Source of the DNA: Phaeosaccion multiseriatum | Taxonomy: Eukaryota > Protista > Ochrophyta, other classes | DNA length: 64,000 nt | Assembly (NCBI GenBank): GCA_965112735.1 | Contig: OZ218952.1 | Location: 2,294,001 to 2,358,000 of the forward strand | Direction: 5' to 3' | Shown here: positions 26,760 to 38,400 of the stretch, in pieces | Position numbering within the stretch: the stretch's first letter is position 1 | Layout of the letters: each line of letters opens with the position of its first letter | Notes under the pieces: model-generated | Database searches by the model: none | Told to the model about the DNA's origin: nothing | What the model saw: only the letters and a program-made list of their open reading frames with translations | Position numbers and translations under genes: made by a program

Positions 26760-29700
26760 TTACATCCTCCTCCTCCTTCTCCTCGTCGTCGTCGTCGCAT
26801 CAGCAGCAGCAGCAGGCGAGTCCTCGGCGCCCTCCGCTGCAGTAGAAACGTCCTCCGCCTCATCCTCTGCATCAGCAGCTGTACCAGCATCATCATCATC
26901 ATCATCATCATCACAATCAGATACCTCCGCAGGCTCCTGCTCAGGCTCGACAGGCTCCGCCTCTCCCTCTGCGGAAGGTCCACCTCCTGCCATCTCTTGC
27001 TCCAAACCAGAAGTGCCCTTCTCTTCAATCCCTACTTGCTCTCCCTGCTGTTCCTCCACCCCAGCGGCTGCCTCTGCCTCAGCAATGCTGTCCCCCTTGT
27101 CGCGCTTCTTCTTGCTCTTGGTCTTCTCTTTCTTACTCTCCTTGCCCTTGCCCTTGCCCTTGCCCTTGTCCTTGCCCTTGCCAGCCTTCTCCTGTTGGCC
27201 CTCCTCCCCCCCGCCTGCCAGGAAGGTCTTGTACTTTTCAACAATGTATTCAAACCTCCTGCGGTCAACCTTCAGCCCTGACTCCTTCATGTCCTTAATC
27301 TGCCGTGTGGTGTGGTGTGGTGTGGTGTTGTGAGTGTTGCAGTTGGTAAGGACGAAGAAAAGGAGGGGAGGGGGAGGGAGGGACAGCGGCCGAAGGCATG
27401 AGATGGTTTAAAGCGAATGCACTAGGGACAGTATATATATACGAAGTGAAGGATCTCCTTGTAAGTAGCTAATGAACTTGGGATATGAACACGAAACAAA
27501 CAAACGCCCCCACTTTCCCTCGTCAGAGACGCCTAGGCGCTCGTTTGAGAGAGGCCGGAATATAGAGCGTGAAGGAGGATGGAATATCGAGCACCGAGGA
27601 GGAATATCGAGCCTCGAGGCGGACGGAGGGGAGTCGAGTTCCTCTACACTTACCAGCAGCAGGCCCTGTCGGTAGTCGTGAGCCACCCCACAGGCGTCGA
27701 TAGCCACGTGATAAGTGACTCCGTCGGGCTTGAGACCGAGTTGCTTCATCTCCTCGAGGAGCCTAAGGGTGGCCGGTACGTCTCCGTTCTTGGCGAAGGA
27801 AGCGATGGCGCTAGTGTATGTAATCTCGTTGGGGGTGAGGCCCTTTATTTCGTTTGGTGCAAGGGGATGGTGCACAAAGTCCGGAGGAGGAGGAAGAGGA
27901 GGGGGTGGGGGTGGATGGAATGGGTATGAGTGGGTATGAGTGGGGGCAAGCAAGCAAGCACGGACAAGCCGGGGGGCGGGGTTGCGTATAGAGAGAATCA
28001 GAGGTCCGTCCTCATCACCCTCCCTCCCTGCCTCTCTCTCTCTCTCGCGCCCCCTCCTTCCCTCCCCTCCCTCAGCTCCCGCCCCCCTTGTCCCTCCAGC
28101 TTCCCCCTCACCCACCCTCCCTCCTCCCCCGTTGCTACATACTTGGGCCTCACCTCCATTCTCATTTCCTCCAACAGCCACTGCGCGTCACCGGAGCTTC
28201 CCGCCTTTGCAGCAGCGGAGATGGCGTAGTTGTACACCATGACGTCAGGCTTCAGACCCTCCCCGCGCAGCTGTGCGTTCAGTGTACACCAACCAACAGA
28301 CCGACCAAAGGACCATAAAGAAGGGCAAAAGTGGACAGCACCATAAAGAAGGGCCAAAGTGGACAGCGCAGAGCAGAGGAGAGCGTCGGGAGGACACATA
28401 CAGGAGGACGTGAGGAGGACGTGAGGAGGACGTGAGGCAAGCTGGAGGGAACGGGGGAGGGGAGGAGATAGGATGGGAGTGAAGGAGATGTCTGTTTGCA
28501 AGAGCCTCAGGTATGTGTTGGCACCCGTCCATCCATCCGCTTGGGGGCACGGCTCAGCTCAGCTCAGCTGGGCTGGCGAACAACCAACACGCCTACACAT
28601 GTACCTGCTTGAGCATCTTGATGGCCCTGGCCACATTGGCCTCGTCCCCCCCCTGGCACAGGGCGGCGATGAGACCGCTGTACGTCTTAATGTCCGGCAC
28701 AAGCTCCGCCGCTCGGAGCTCCTTCACCAACGCGTACACCTGCCCCGTGCGTGTGCGTGTGGACGTGGGCGTGTGGCGCGTGGGGTGAAGTAGGATGGGG
28801 TGGGATGGGGTGGGATGGGGTGGGATGGGGTGGGGGGAGGGGCACGGCAGAAAGAGAGACGAAATGACGAGATTCGAAGTCAGCTTCGCTTGGGGCAACG
28901 TACAAGCGCTGTTGAGGGGGTGGATCGGTGGTTTCGGTCAAAACGCCGGGCGGCATCGTTTCGATCACTACCCACCCCCCCTCCCCGTTACACATCTCCT
29001 CATCCCTGAGGCAGCGCCAAAGGGCTGGCAACCGAGCACCCCTCCCCCCTCCCCAAATCCACTCTACCACCCTACCTTGCCGGTCTTGCCAGCCCGCGCA
29101 CAAGCGTCAATGCACGCGTTGTAGAGGGGCAGGGTCTGCAGACCTTTCTCCACGGCCTCCTTGAAGATCATGATGGCCTTGTCGGCACGCTTGGCGTTGC
29201 CTGCAGCCTTGATGGCCTGTGTGTAGCTCATCTCATCAGCCTCGAGATTCAGCGTCTTGAGGGTGTCTGCCAACTCGTTGGCCTTTGCGGGGCGGTCGGC
29301 GTTGTTGCACGCGGCCATGGCAGCGGTATATGTGACCACACTCGGCTCCATCCCTCGCTGCTGCATCTCGTTCATCAGAGACAGAGCGGCATCTGCCTCC
29401 CCCGCCCTACTGCATGCGTTGATGGCGGTGTTGTAGGACCAGTCATTGGGGGTAAAGCCTCGCTCCGCCATGTCTCGAAGGAGTCGAATCGCCGCCGTGT
29501 GGTTGGCAACATTGGCCGCCGCATCGATGGCCGAGTTGTACACCACATCGTTGAGGGGCACCCCTTCCTCTCGCATGAGCTTCATGTAGCCAAGTGCGGC
29601 CTTTAGGTCTCCGGCCTTGCCCACCGCGCTAATGGCAATGGCGTACGTCTTTTGCCCCGGCTTGATGCCCGCCTCCTTCATCTCCTCCATCAGTCTCTTG

Positions 29701-30773
29701 GCCTCCTCCAGTAGTCCCCCCTTCTGACACGCCCCCAAGGCGGCGCCATAGCAAATTTCATCCGGGGGCACGCCATCGGCTTTCATCTTTTCCAGCACCT
29801 TGAGAGCTTCTTCCGGTCGGTTCACCTTGGTGCAGCCGTGGATGCACGTCGTATACACCACCACGTCGGCTGGGAACCCCTTCTTGTTCATAGTGTCGAT
29901 CATCTCGATGGCGTCTAGCCACCGTCCGGCCCGAGACAAGCTCGACACGGCCGTGTTGTAGATGATGGCGTTGAGCTCAAAAGCCGCTCCATTGAGCGTG
30001 TTGATGATTGTCTTCCATTGGCCTCGGTCCCCCAATTCCTTCAGATGGGACACCAGCTCCTTTTGCTCCTTTATGACCCACGGGTCCGCGTCAGGGTCGA
30101 ACGCCCTCCTGCCCCGGCCTCCCCCCTGTCCCCGCCCCCGACCTCTGCCCGAGAATCTTCCTCCCCTTCCGGGCCCGCCTTCTCCGCCCCCTTCCTCTCC
30201 ACCCATGAAGCCCGCAAAGTACTTTCCTCCGTATCCTCGTCCACTGGCATGGTTCCGCACTCGTTTTGCTCTTCTCTCGTCCCGAGCGCTTCGGGGCTTG
30301 GCACTCTGACTGCCATTAGCACCCGCTCGCGCAAACCTCTCCTTCCTCTCTCGCTGCCTCTGCGAGTACGAGCTGGCGGCGGGCACTTGTGCGTCTGACC
30401 ATCTTCCTTGGGCCGGTGGCTGCTGCTGCCGCTCTTGTCCCTCGCTCTGCTCCAGCGCCTGGCCCCACTCCCCCCCATCTTGGTGGCCCTGGTCACCATC
30501 TACTGCAGCAGCGTCGAGCATCTGAGGGTCCTGTTCGCCCCACTGAGCCATAGCCACATGAATGCTCCTCCTACTGCCTGCGGATAGCGTCCATTGTCTT
30601 CTCCGCCCACTTTCACTGTGGCCACTCGCCCGTGCCTTCTCCGGAAGGGCCCCACCAAGTGCTGCTGCTCCTGCTGCTGCTGCTGCTGCGGTCCCGAATC
30701 TCAAGGACGGTGTCACCGCAAAGGCTGCGGTCGAGCCTCCGGCGGCCTGGCGCCCCATTGTGAGGTGTCCCAT
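26760..30773 (-). CDS. P-class pentatricopeptide repeat protein, probably organellar (at least 5 exons)
   Basis: More than 12 tandem 35-aa repeats (e.g. IIYNTAVSSLSRAGRWLDAIEMIDTMNKKGFPAD, VVTYTAAMAAC, ITYTSAIASFAKNG) over exons near 29073-30773, 28603-28738, 28141-28270, 27651-27843 and 26760-27300. STAA-FAV suggests a plastid presequence; an upstream exon may be missing. Confidence 0.92.
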
Positions 30774-31261
30774 CCCTCTATGATATGAATCGATATTGTG
30801 TGTGGTGAGGATTTGGTGTCGTCGGTAGAATCCAGCACACCAGTCACAGATGGTTTAATGCCTTTCTTTTTCTTCTTTTTCTCCCCTGAAGCTTCACTAG
30901 AGTCTTCGTGCAAGCGTTCGTGCGCGCTTTGGAGTGACTGACAGATATGAGGTCCACAAACTGGAACTGAAGCTGAGATACCCTCTTTCCCCTTTGAGAT
31001 GTAGGGTGTGACGACGTGGAGACAAGTCTTCGAGAGGTCCTCGAGCAGTCCACGAGGGATGCTCCCACACAGGCAGCCCCGGAGGGGAGATCGGAGGGGA
31101 TCGAGGGGCTTCCCACTCCCGCTCTGCGTGACAATCTCATGACTATATTCAGGTCATATGTTCACATCTTATTCATTTTTTCTCCCTTCACTCTCTCTTC
31201 TTTACATTCTCCTACACTGCACATTTAAGTCTGCGAAGCAATCGCAGATCGCGAGCGGCGC

Positions 31262-31372
31262 AAGGAGCCTTGGCAAGGATTCTCAGGCTCCTGGATTCTT
31301 GGTCGTAGGCCATCTCTGGCTGGTGGCTTCTGGCCGCAGGCCAGCCCCTGGTTTCTGGCTATCAGGGGGCTT
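31262..31372. repeat. Degenerate relative of the internal part of the 56055-56307 element
   Basis: Shares GCTTCTGGCCGCAGGCCAGCCCC, TAGGCCAT and TATC.GGGGGC with 56090-56285. No intact terminal repeats. Confidence 0.55.
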
Positions 31373-31510
31373 ATGTACTACTTTCTATTTTCTTACAATG
31401 GCCCTGCCCTGCCTGAACGAAGCATGTGCACCGCCCCCTCGTATGCACTTTGATGTACTTACAGTAGCAGGTAGCTGCTGGAACCCCTCCGCAGGGTCAC
31501 AGCCTCTGTC

Positions 31511-32185
31511 TCACTGCACCTGCACTTCCACTGGCACCAGCTCCCAGTCGTCGTCCGAGTCGTCCGCCCCTCCCAAGGCGCTGTACTCGTTTTCTTCGAA
31601 TCGCTCCACAAAGTCGTAGTCGAGACCCTCCCTATCATATCCTCCACCACCACCTTCTCCTCCTCGGTGAGGACTGCTCAATAACTCCACTGTCACGTCC
31701 TCCACGTCAACGACTGTGACCTGGCTCATGAGCGCAGCAAAACTTCGCCGTCTCTGTAGGTGCTCAGTGACGCCTTCCCACAGCTGTTTGGCAACTGCGG
31801 CTCTCGCGAGCGGAAGCACGTCCGCTGCATCCACCCTCTTCGTCTGCTGTTTCTGCTGCGTCTCGCCAGTCTCCTCAGAAGAGGGTTGGAGTTCCTCTTG
31901 CATGACAAGAGGGAGACTCCTCTTCAAAGCCAAGGTCTCGCAGGGAAGCTGCTGCTGTGCATCATCGGGCAGGATCAGGTTTGTCAGGGCACGACGCTTC
32001 CAGCTCAAAGCCTGATCCCCCCTTCTGTAGAGGAGGGCTCTTGGTGGCAATACACTTGAGGTCCCCTCGCTTTCGTTGTCTTTCTCTGCGGCTGGGCCCT
32101 CTAAGGCCCCCAACAATGCCCGCCGCATCTGCTCAACTGTACACATGTGAAGCATGTCATGGCTATCAGCAGTGGCGTGAGTCAT
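31511..32185 (-). CDS. Hypothetical protein, 224 aa, acidic C-terminus
   Basis: Uninterrupted ORF with normal composition, ending YDFVERFEENEYSALGGADDSDDDWELVPVEVQVQ. No domain recognised. Confidence 0.6.
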   Translation of the reverse strand: MTHATADSHDMLHMCTVEQMRRALLGALEGPAAEKDNESEGTSSVLPPRALLYRRGDQALSWKRRALTNLILPDDAQQQLPCETLALKRSLPLVMQEELQPSSEETGETQQKQQTKRVDAADVLPLARAAVAKQLWEGVTEHLQRRRSFAALMSQVTVVDVEDVTVELLSSPHRGGEGGGGGYDREGLDYDFVERFEENEYSALGGADDSDDDWELVPVEVQVQ

Positions 32186-32432
32186 GGTCGGCTATGGACA
32201 CAAGAGAGCTGGTGGAAGCCAAAGTGGACAAAAAAGAAAAAAAGTAATGTCAAGATGGTTTCCAGACTGGCATGCTTTGCAGGTCCACCCAATGGTCGCT
32301 GGATTGCATTTTATTATTTTAAAGGGGATCGAGCACTACCCCGCAGGCGTGCTGGGCGGCCCAGCCGATCGAGCCAACGAGGGATTGATCTCACGCCAAG
32401 CTACCGACGCAGCAGCAAAAAGACGGGGGACG

Positions 32433-35400
32433 ATGGGCGATTACTCTCCTTACGATGAGTGGGGGCACCCGAAGCATGGGCAGTTCTTCAACGCTTATCC
32501 CAATCCAGGACAGCAGCAGCAGCAGCAGCAGCAGCATCAGAACCAGTACAACTATGGAGGAGGCGGAGGAGGGGGAGTGGGGGGGGGAGGAGGCGGAGGA
32601 GGACGCGGCGGCTTCGGGGGGGGCGACTTTAGCGCGGGCAGGGATGACTTTTGGGGTGCTGGAGACCGAGGAGGAGGAGGAGGAGGAGGAGGAGGAGGAG
32701 GAGGAGGAGGAGGAGGACGGGGGGGGGGGGGGGGCGAAGGAGGGTTTTCGGGGGGGAGCAATGGCAACGGTGGAGGGGGGCGAGGGCCCTTTCCGCATCA
32801 AGGGCAACTCTACGGCGGCGGCTGGGGCATGCAACAGGATGGCGGGGAGAGATTTCACCAACAACAGCAGGGTCGTGGAGGGGGCGAGGAAGGGCAAAGA
32901 CAGGGTGGCTGGGGAAGTAACGAAACCCACCAAGGAGGGCACAAGTACTCACAACGCGATGAGGTCGGGGTCACGAGAGATCGAGGGCGAGGGAGGGAGG
33001 AAGAAGGGGTTGGTGAGGGCTTGCGCGCAGGAGGGCGGTCGTCGAGGTCTCCTCGGCCCAACAATCACATTGCGCAGTCTTCGGACGCCGCATTCGCCTA
33101 CCGGGACGGGAGGGACGGGAGAGGCTTTGGCGGCGGCGGCTTTCCCCCTGAAGCCTCGGCAGGTCCCGCAGGGCTTCCGCAGCATCCATTCTTCGCAAAC
33201 CAAGCCCAAGCAGTATCCCAGCCTTTGTACGAGCGCGGCCCGCCGCGCTTTGTCGAGGACAGCTTTCCTCCTCGAAGCCATCACTCCTTTTCCTCGCAGG
33301 GGCCGGGGCAAGGTCAGGGGCAGCAGCAGCAGCAGCAGGAGAAGCGCAGCGTGGAGCGGCACGGATCTGCTTCTTGGCATGCCTCGCCCACACCACAGCA
33401 CGTGCCGCAGTCGCGACAGACACAGCAGCGACAGCCGCCACGTAGTCGAGACGGGGGCCCGCAGGAAAGGAGGGGGGCGCGTGGGGGGGGGGGTGCGGCC
33501 GGGCACTACGGTCCTCGCAGTGGTAGCAACGGGGCGGGCGACGGCAGCTCTAGGGGGGTGGGGGGCGCGGGTGAGAGAGGAGGAGGAGGAGCAGGCAGGG
33601 GCGCATGGAGGAAAGACGCGAGAGTGGTCGTGGGAAGGAGAGACGGGAAGGGGGAAGGGCGGCGGGCGCCTGGAAGCACGAGGGAGCTGTGGCCTGTGAA
33701 GAAGAAGAAGAACTTCTCGTGCGAGGACAAGAGGCCCGTGGTGGCGTTACACGAGTATTGCCAGCGCTTCCTTAAGGATAAACCAGAATACAGCTTTACG
33801 GAAGTCGAGCAGACCGAGCAGCAGGTAGAAGGAGGAGCAGGAGGAGCAGGAGGTGGGGGAAGAGGAGCTGAAGCAGCGTCTGAGGCGGATACTGGGGCTG
33901 GGGAAGACGCAGCGCCTTCTGGAGACGAGCCAAAGCCACACACGAAGGGGGCTGAGCACTGGTCAGGGAAAGGAGCAGGAGCAAGCACAGGAGGCGCCCC
34001 TGAAGCAGGGGCGGAGGGGGCGAACCAGCATGATGAGCCAGACGCAGGGGACACCCCAAAAGCCAAGGCGAAGCCTGTCAGCTCAAGCGGAAAGACGTGA
34101 GTACCGGAACGAATGAATGAGTCGTCTTTGAAGCGGTTCGTGAGGAAAAGGGAGAGAATGAAAACACCGTTCTACATCCACCACAAGTCGCCGCGTTGGT
34201 GGTGGTGGTGGTGGTGGTGGGCAGGAAAGGCAAAAGGCAAGGGAAGGACAGGAATGTATTTTGGCACGTGTGTCTGTATCTCCTCTTCCGTCCATCCCTC
34301 CCACTTCTCACCCCCACCACCCTTGCCCCTCCCCTCCCCTCCTCTCCTCGCCCACCTCGCCCCTTCGCCCCTCCTCTCCTCGCCTCCTCTCCTGGGGGCG
34401 TGTGCGGCTCATCAGCTTCTCTTGTATGGTCAAGGTGGGCAGGAAGACGTTCGGGCCAGGCATGGGCAGGCGCCACAAGGTGAGGCACCGGAAAATGCTC
34501 TGCACTGCCAAGCTGTGCTAAGCTTAGCTGTCGCGTACAAGGCTTTGCTATTGCTAAGCTGTGGTGGGCAAGGCTCTGCTAGTGGCTAAGCTGTGGTGTA
34601 CAAGGCTTTACCATTGCTAAGCTGTGGTGTACAAGGCTCTGCTCTTGGCTAAGCTGTGGTGTACCAGGCTCTGCTAATGGCTAAGCTGTGGTGTACACGG
34701 CTTTGCTATTGCTAAGCTGTGGTGTACAAGGCTCTGCTAATGGCTAAGCTGTGGCGTACAAGGCTTTGCTAATGGCTAAGCCGTGGCGTACAGGCTTTGC
34801 TAATGGCTAAGCTGTGGTGTACAAGGCTTTGCTAATGGCTAAGCTGTGGCGTACACGGCTCTGCTAATGGCTAAGCTGTGGTGCGGGTCACAGGCTTTGA
34901 ACGCGGCCCCTTTCTCTTCCTCCCGCCCAAAGGCTCGGTGGGGCGGTTGTGTCTTCTCTGCTAAGCAAGCGGGACCCCTCGTCGCACGTGTTGCCCCTTA
35001 CGCAGTCACTCACGCAACCACTCACACCCCGCCCCCTCCCACCTCCCCTCCTTCTCTCCCTTCCTTCCCCCCCCTTCCCTCTCAGGAAGCGGAGAACAAT
35101 GCTGCCCTGTGCGCTCTCCGATCGATCCTCCCGGACTTCTACGATCTCTCCAAGCTCACGGCCTACGAAAGCAGTGGTTCCAAGAACGCTTCCAAGAAGG
35201 AGCTTAATCAGCCGCCAAAGAAGGGTGCTAAGGAGGGGAAGGGGGCAGCAGAAGTTCGAGGAGAGGACGGAGAAGAAGACGATGCCATGGACGTTGGAGG
35301 AGGAGGTACAGGGCGTGGAAACGGAGAGAGGAGAGGCCCACGGGGGCGGAGGAAGGGAAGTGGGGGGGAGGAGGATGGTGGGGGGAGCGATGAAGACGAA

Positions 35401-38400
35401 GTCGACTACGAAGCCGAAGAGGAGGGAGAGGAGGGGCAGGGAGGAGAACGAGCAAGGCAGCAGCAGAGACGCCCGAATAGTGCTGGTACTGCTACTGCTA
35501 CTGCATGTGCTGCTTCTGCGGCTGGAGGAAAGCCCAACCCTTGCCATCTGCTTCACCAAGTGTGCCACGCCGCAGCGGCCATTTCGCAATCCGCCTCATA
35601 CGCAGCCCACCCGCAGGAGCAGGAGAAGGGGAGCGACGGACAAGGGCAAGGACTAGGGCGAGCAGGAGGGGGGGGGGGTGGTGGTGGCAGTCGAGGGGCC
35701 TATCGCAGTCAGGGGAGCGGCCCTGCCCCGCAGATGTACGTGGGGACTGTGACAGTGGTGCTTCAGAAGGGGGGCGCTGCAGTTGGCGACGACGGGACTG
35801 GTGTGCACGTACCTCAGGGGGGAGAGGAGGAGGCGCTCGTCGTGCATGCGCTGGGGGCATCCAAGAAGGAGGCACGCGCCAATGCAGCCCTCAAGGTGAG
35901 GCAAGGCAGGAGGGAGGCCGGCAGCAAGTCTTGGCTCCCACCACTTCTGCTTGCTACTGCTACTGTTTCCTCTGCTGCTTCTGCTGCTCCTGCTCCTGCT
36001 CCTGCTCCCGCGCCTGCTACTATACTACTGTTGCTGCTACCACAGCTGCTGACCATACTCTTCGTCTGTCCTGATCTCACCCCCTCCCATTGCATTGCCC
36101 GTGAACTACCAACTACCGCGCCGCGCATCCATCGCGCATGCATGCATTACATCGCACCCCCAACAGATGTTGGCCCGCTTACTCCCTCGTTCCGATGGGC
36201 CCAGGGAAGGGGACGGCACTCACCAAGGAGAGGTGGAAGCCACCGAGTACTACAGAGGAAGAGTGGCGGAGGTGGTGGAGGCGGCCGTGCAGCGCAAGGC
36301 GAGGGAAGCCAAGGCGATTCAAGAGGCGCGGGAGAGGCGGAGGGAAGAAGGGGAAGCGCGAAGGGCCCAACGGGTGGCGGCGCAGCAGGAGCTGGCGGCT
36401 AGGAGGAAGAGAGCGGCGTTGAACAGTCCAAGTGCAGGCGGCGATGGTGATGGTGGTGGTGGTGCGGATGGAGCGGAGGGAGAAAAGTCCAAGAAGGCGA
36501 GGGTGGGGAGCGCTGCCGGGTCATCAGACGGAGAAGGAGGAGGATGTGGAGGGGATGGGGACGGTGGCGGCGTCGAGAGGATGGAGGATCTGCCTACCGC
36601 GGAGGAGCTGGAAAGGCAGGAAAGTGTCCGTGTTGGTGTGGGGAAGGAGAAGGAGGTGGTGGTGGAGGAGGAGGAGGACGGGGGAGGGGGTGAGGAGGAG
36701 GAGGAGGAGGAGGAGGAGGAGGAGGACGGGGGAGGGGGTGAGGAGGAGGAGGAGGGGGGGGAGGAGGAAGAGAGGGGGGAGGAGGGGGAGGAAGGAGGGG
36801 AGAAGATGGTGTAAGGAAGGGGGATAGGAGGAGACGGAAGGGCAGGGGGAGGAGGAGGAGGAGGAGGAGGAGGAGAAGGAGGAAGGTCCGGAGTGGGCTT
36901 GAATAATTGAAGGATAGGGGTGGTACGAAGGTGTGTAGGGGAGAGAGCGAAGCGTCATGTGAACACGTGGTACTTAAACGCATGCGGGTTTGCAAGTCTT
37001 CTTTCGTATGGGGGATGGGGTGACTGCAGATAGATGGGAGGGTTGGTAGCAGAAGGTGTAGGGCGGGGTGTACGGAGCAAAAGAGTTTTGCGTGTGCTTC
37101 TCGCTGGACCAGTCAAGCAGGTTAGGCAGGACAGAGATGCTGTGTGTACGATACAGCGACCGCCCAAGCGATAAAAGCACAGAGAGATTCGTTCCTTGTA
37201 CCACCTGTGCCCTCTCCACATGGCCGGACCACACCTTTCCTTTCGCACCCAAAGGCGATCAAAGGCGTTGTCGGACATGTGGCGATGGCCCTGGGATCGG
37301 TCGTGGGCCGTGCTCTCTCTCTCTCTCTCTCTCTCTCTACCTCTCTCTCTGCTGTCTGCTGCTGTGCGGCAGAGAGGCAGAGAGGTAGGGAAGAGGTGGA
37401 TGGGTGTGCCTGGCTCGCCGTTCGCCCCCTCCTCCCCCTTGCGCTGTCGCTGTTGATGTCCAGTGTGCCTAGTGAGCGGTGCTGTGCAGGGCAGAGTAGG
37501 TGGTGGCGTGCCCCTTGCCCGTGTGTACAGCGCTCAGAACACGCTGCCTCTTCGCGGCTCTCCTCGACTCACACAGATGACACACAGGCGGCACGTCCAA
37601 TGCAAGCAAGCAAACGACTTTGTGCCGGCAAGTGCCATCTGTGTGAGATGAGGGTCATGCATATATGCCGGAGAAGCCTGGTGCCAGGTCGCGTAAGACC
37701 CTTGGAGGCAACCTTTGAGGCCTTGCTGCACCAGACTTCTCCCGGACGATGGCAAGCCTGCCTCACTTCACACACCATGGCATGGAAACGGCTCTTTCTG
37801 CCACACACGCCCCTGATAGAGAGATGGCCACTGACTGGTTATTGAGCCCACACCCCACCCTTTGCAAGTTCCATCCATCTTTTCTTCCAACTGGTCTTTG
37901 TTTTTCACCCCCCTCCCCCAACACGCACACGCTCTCTATCTCCTCTCCCTCTGCCTCTCTCTTCTTTTCTCTCTCTCCCTCCCGACCCCCCTGTCTCTCC
38001 TCCCCTTTCTCTCTGTCTCTCTCCCTCCCCATTAACAACAACAACAACAACGACGACAACAACAACAACAGGCTACGCACGTGCGCCAAGCCCAAGCCTC
38101 TCTCCGAGAGATCATGCCCGACATTGGCCTCGCCTCCGTACTCGCCATGCACGGCGGCAAGGTACAGGTTGGGGTCGAGGCCACCCAACAAGAGGAAGAG
38201 GAGGAGGAGGAGAAGGAGGAGGAGGAGGGGCAGCTCATAGGGGCAGGAGGAGGAATCCAAGCAGCAGCCCAACGAGCCCGGAGGAGGCAGCGCCAGCAGC
38301 AGGAGCAGCAGGGGGGAAGGGAGGAGGAAGTGGAGGCGGCCCGGGCAGCGACGCTTTATTCCGACTTGCTCTATCGACTCTGTCGGATCGATTCGCGCAT

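Noticed and set aside
32183-32432. Overlapping divergent start codons (CATG) for the 224-aa ORF and the 638-aa ORF
   Set aside because: This leaves no room for a promoter. The plus-strand gene more plausibly starts at 32433 (MGDYSPY).
34508-34885. CRISPR-like array
   Set aside because: Units are contiguous with no unique spacers, there are no cas genes, and it lies in a eukaryotic intron.
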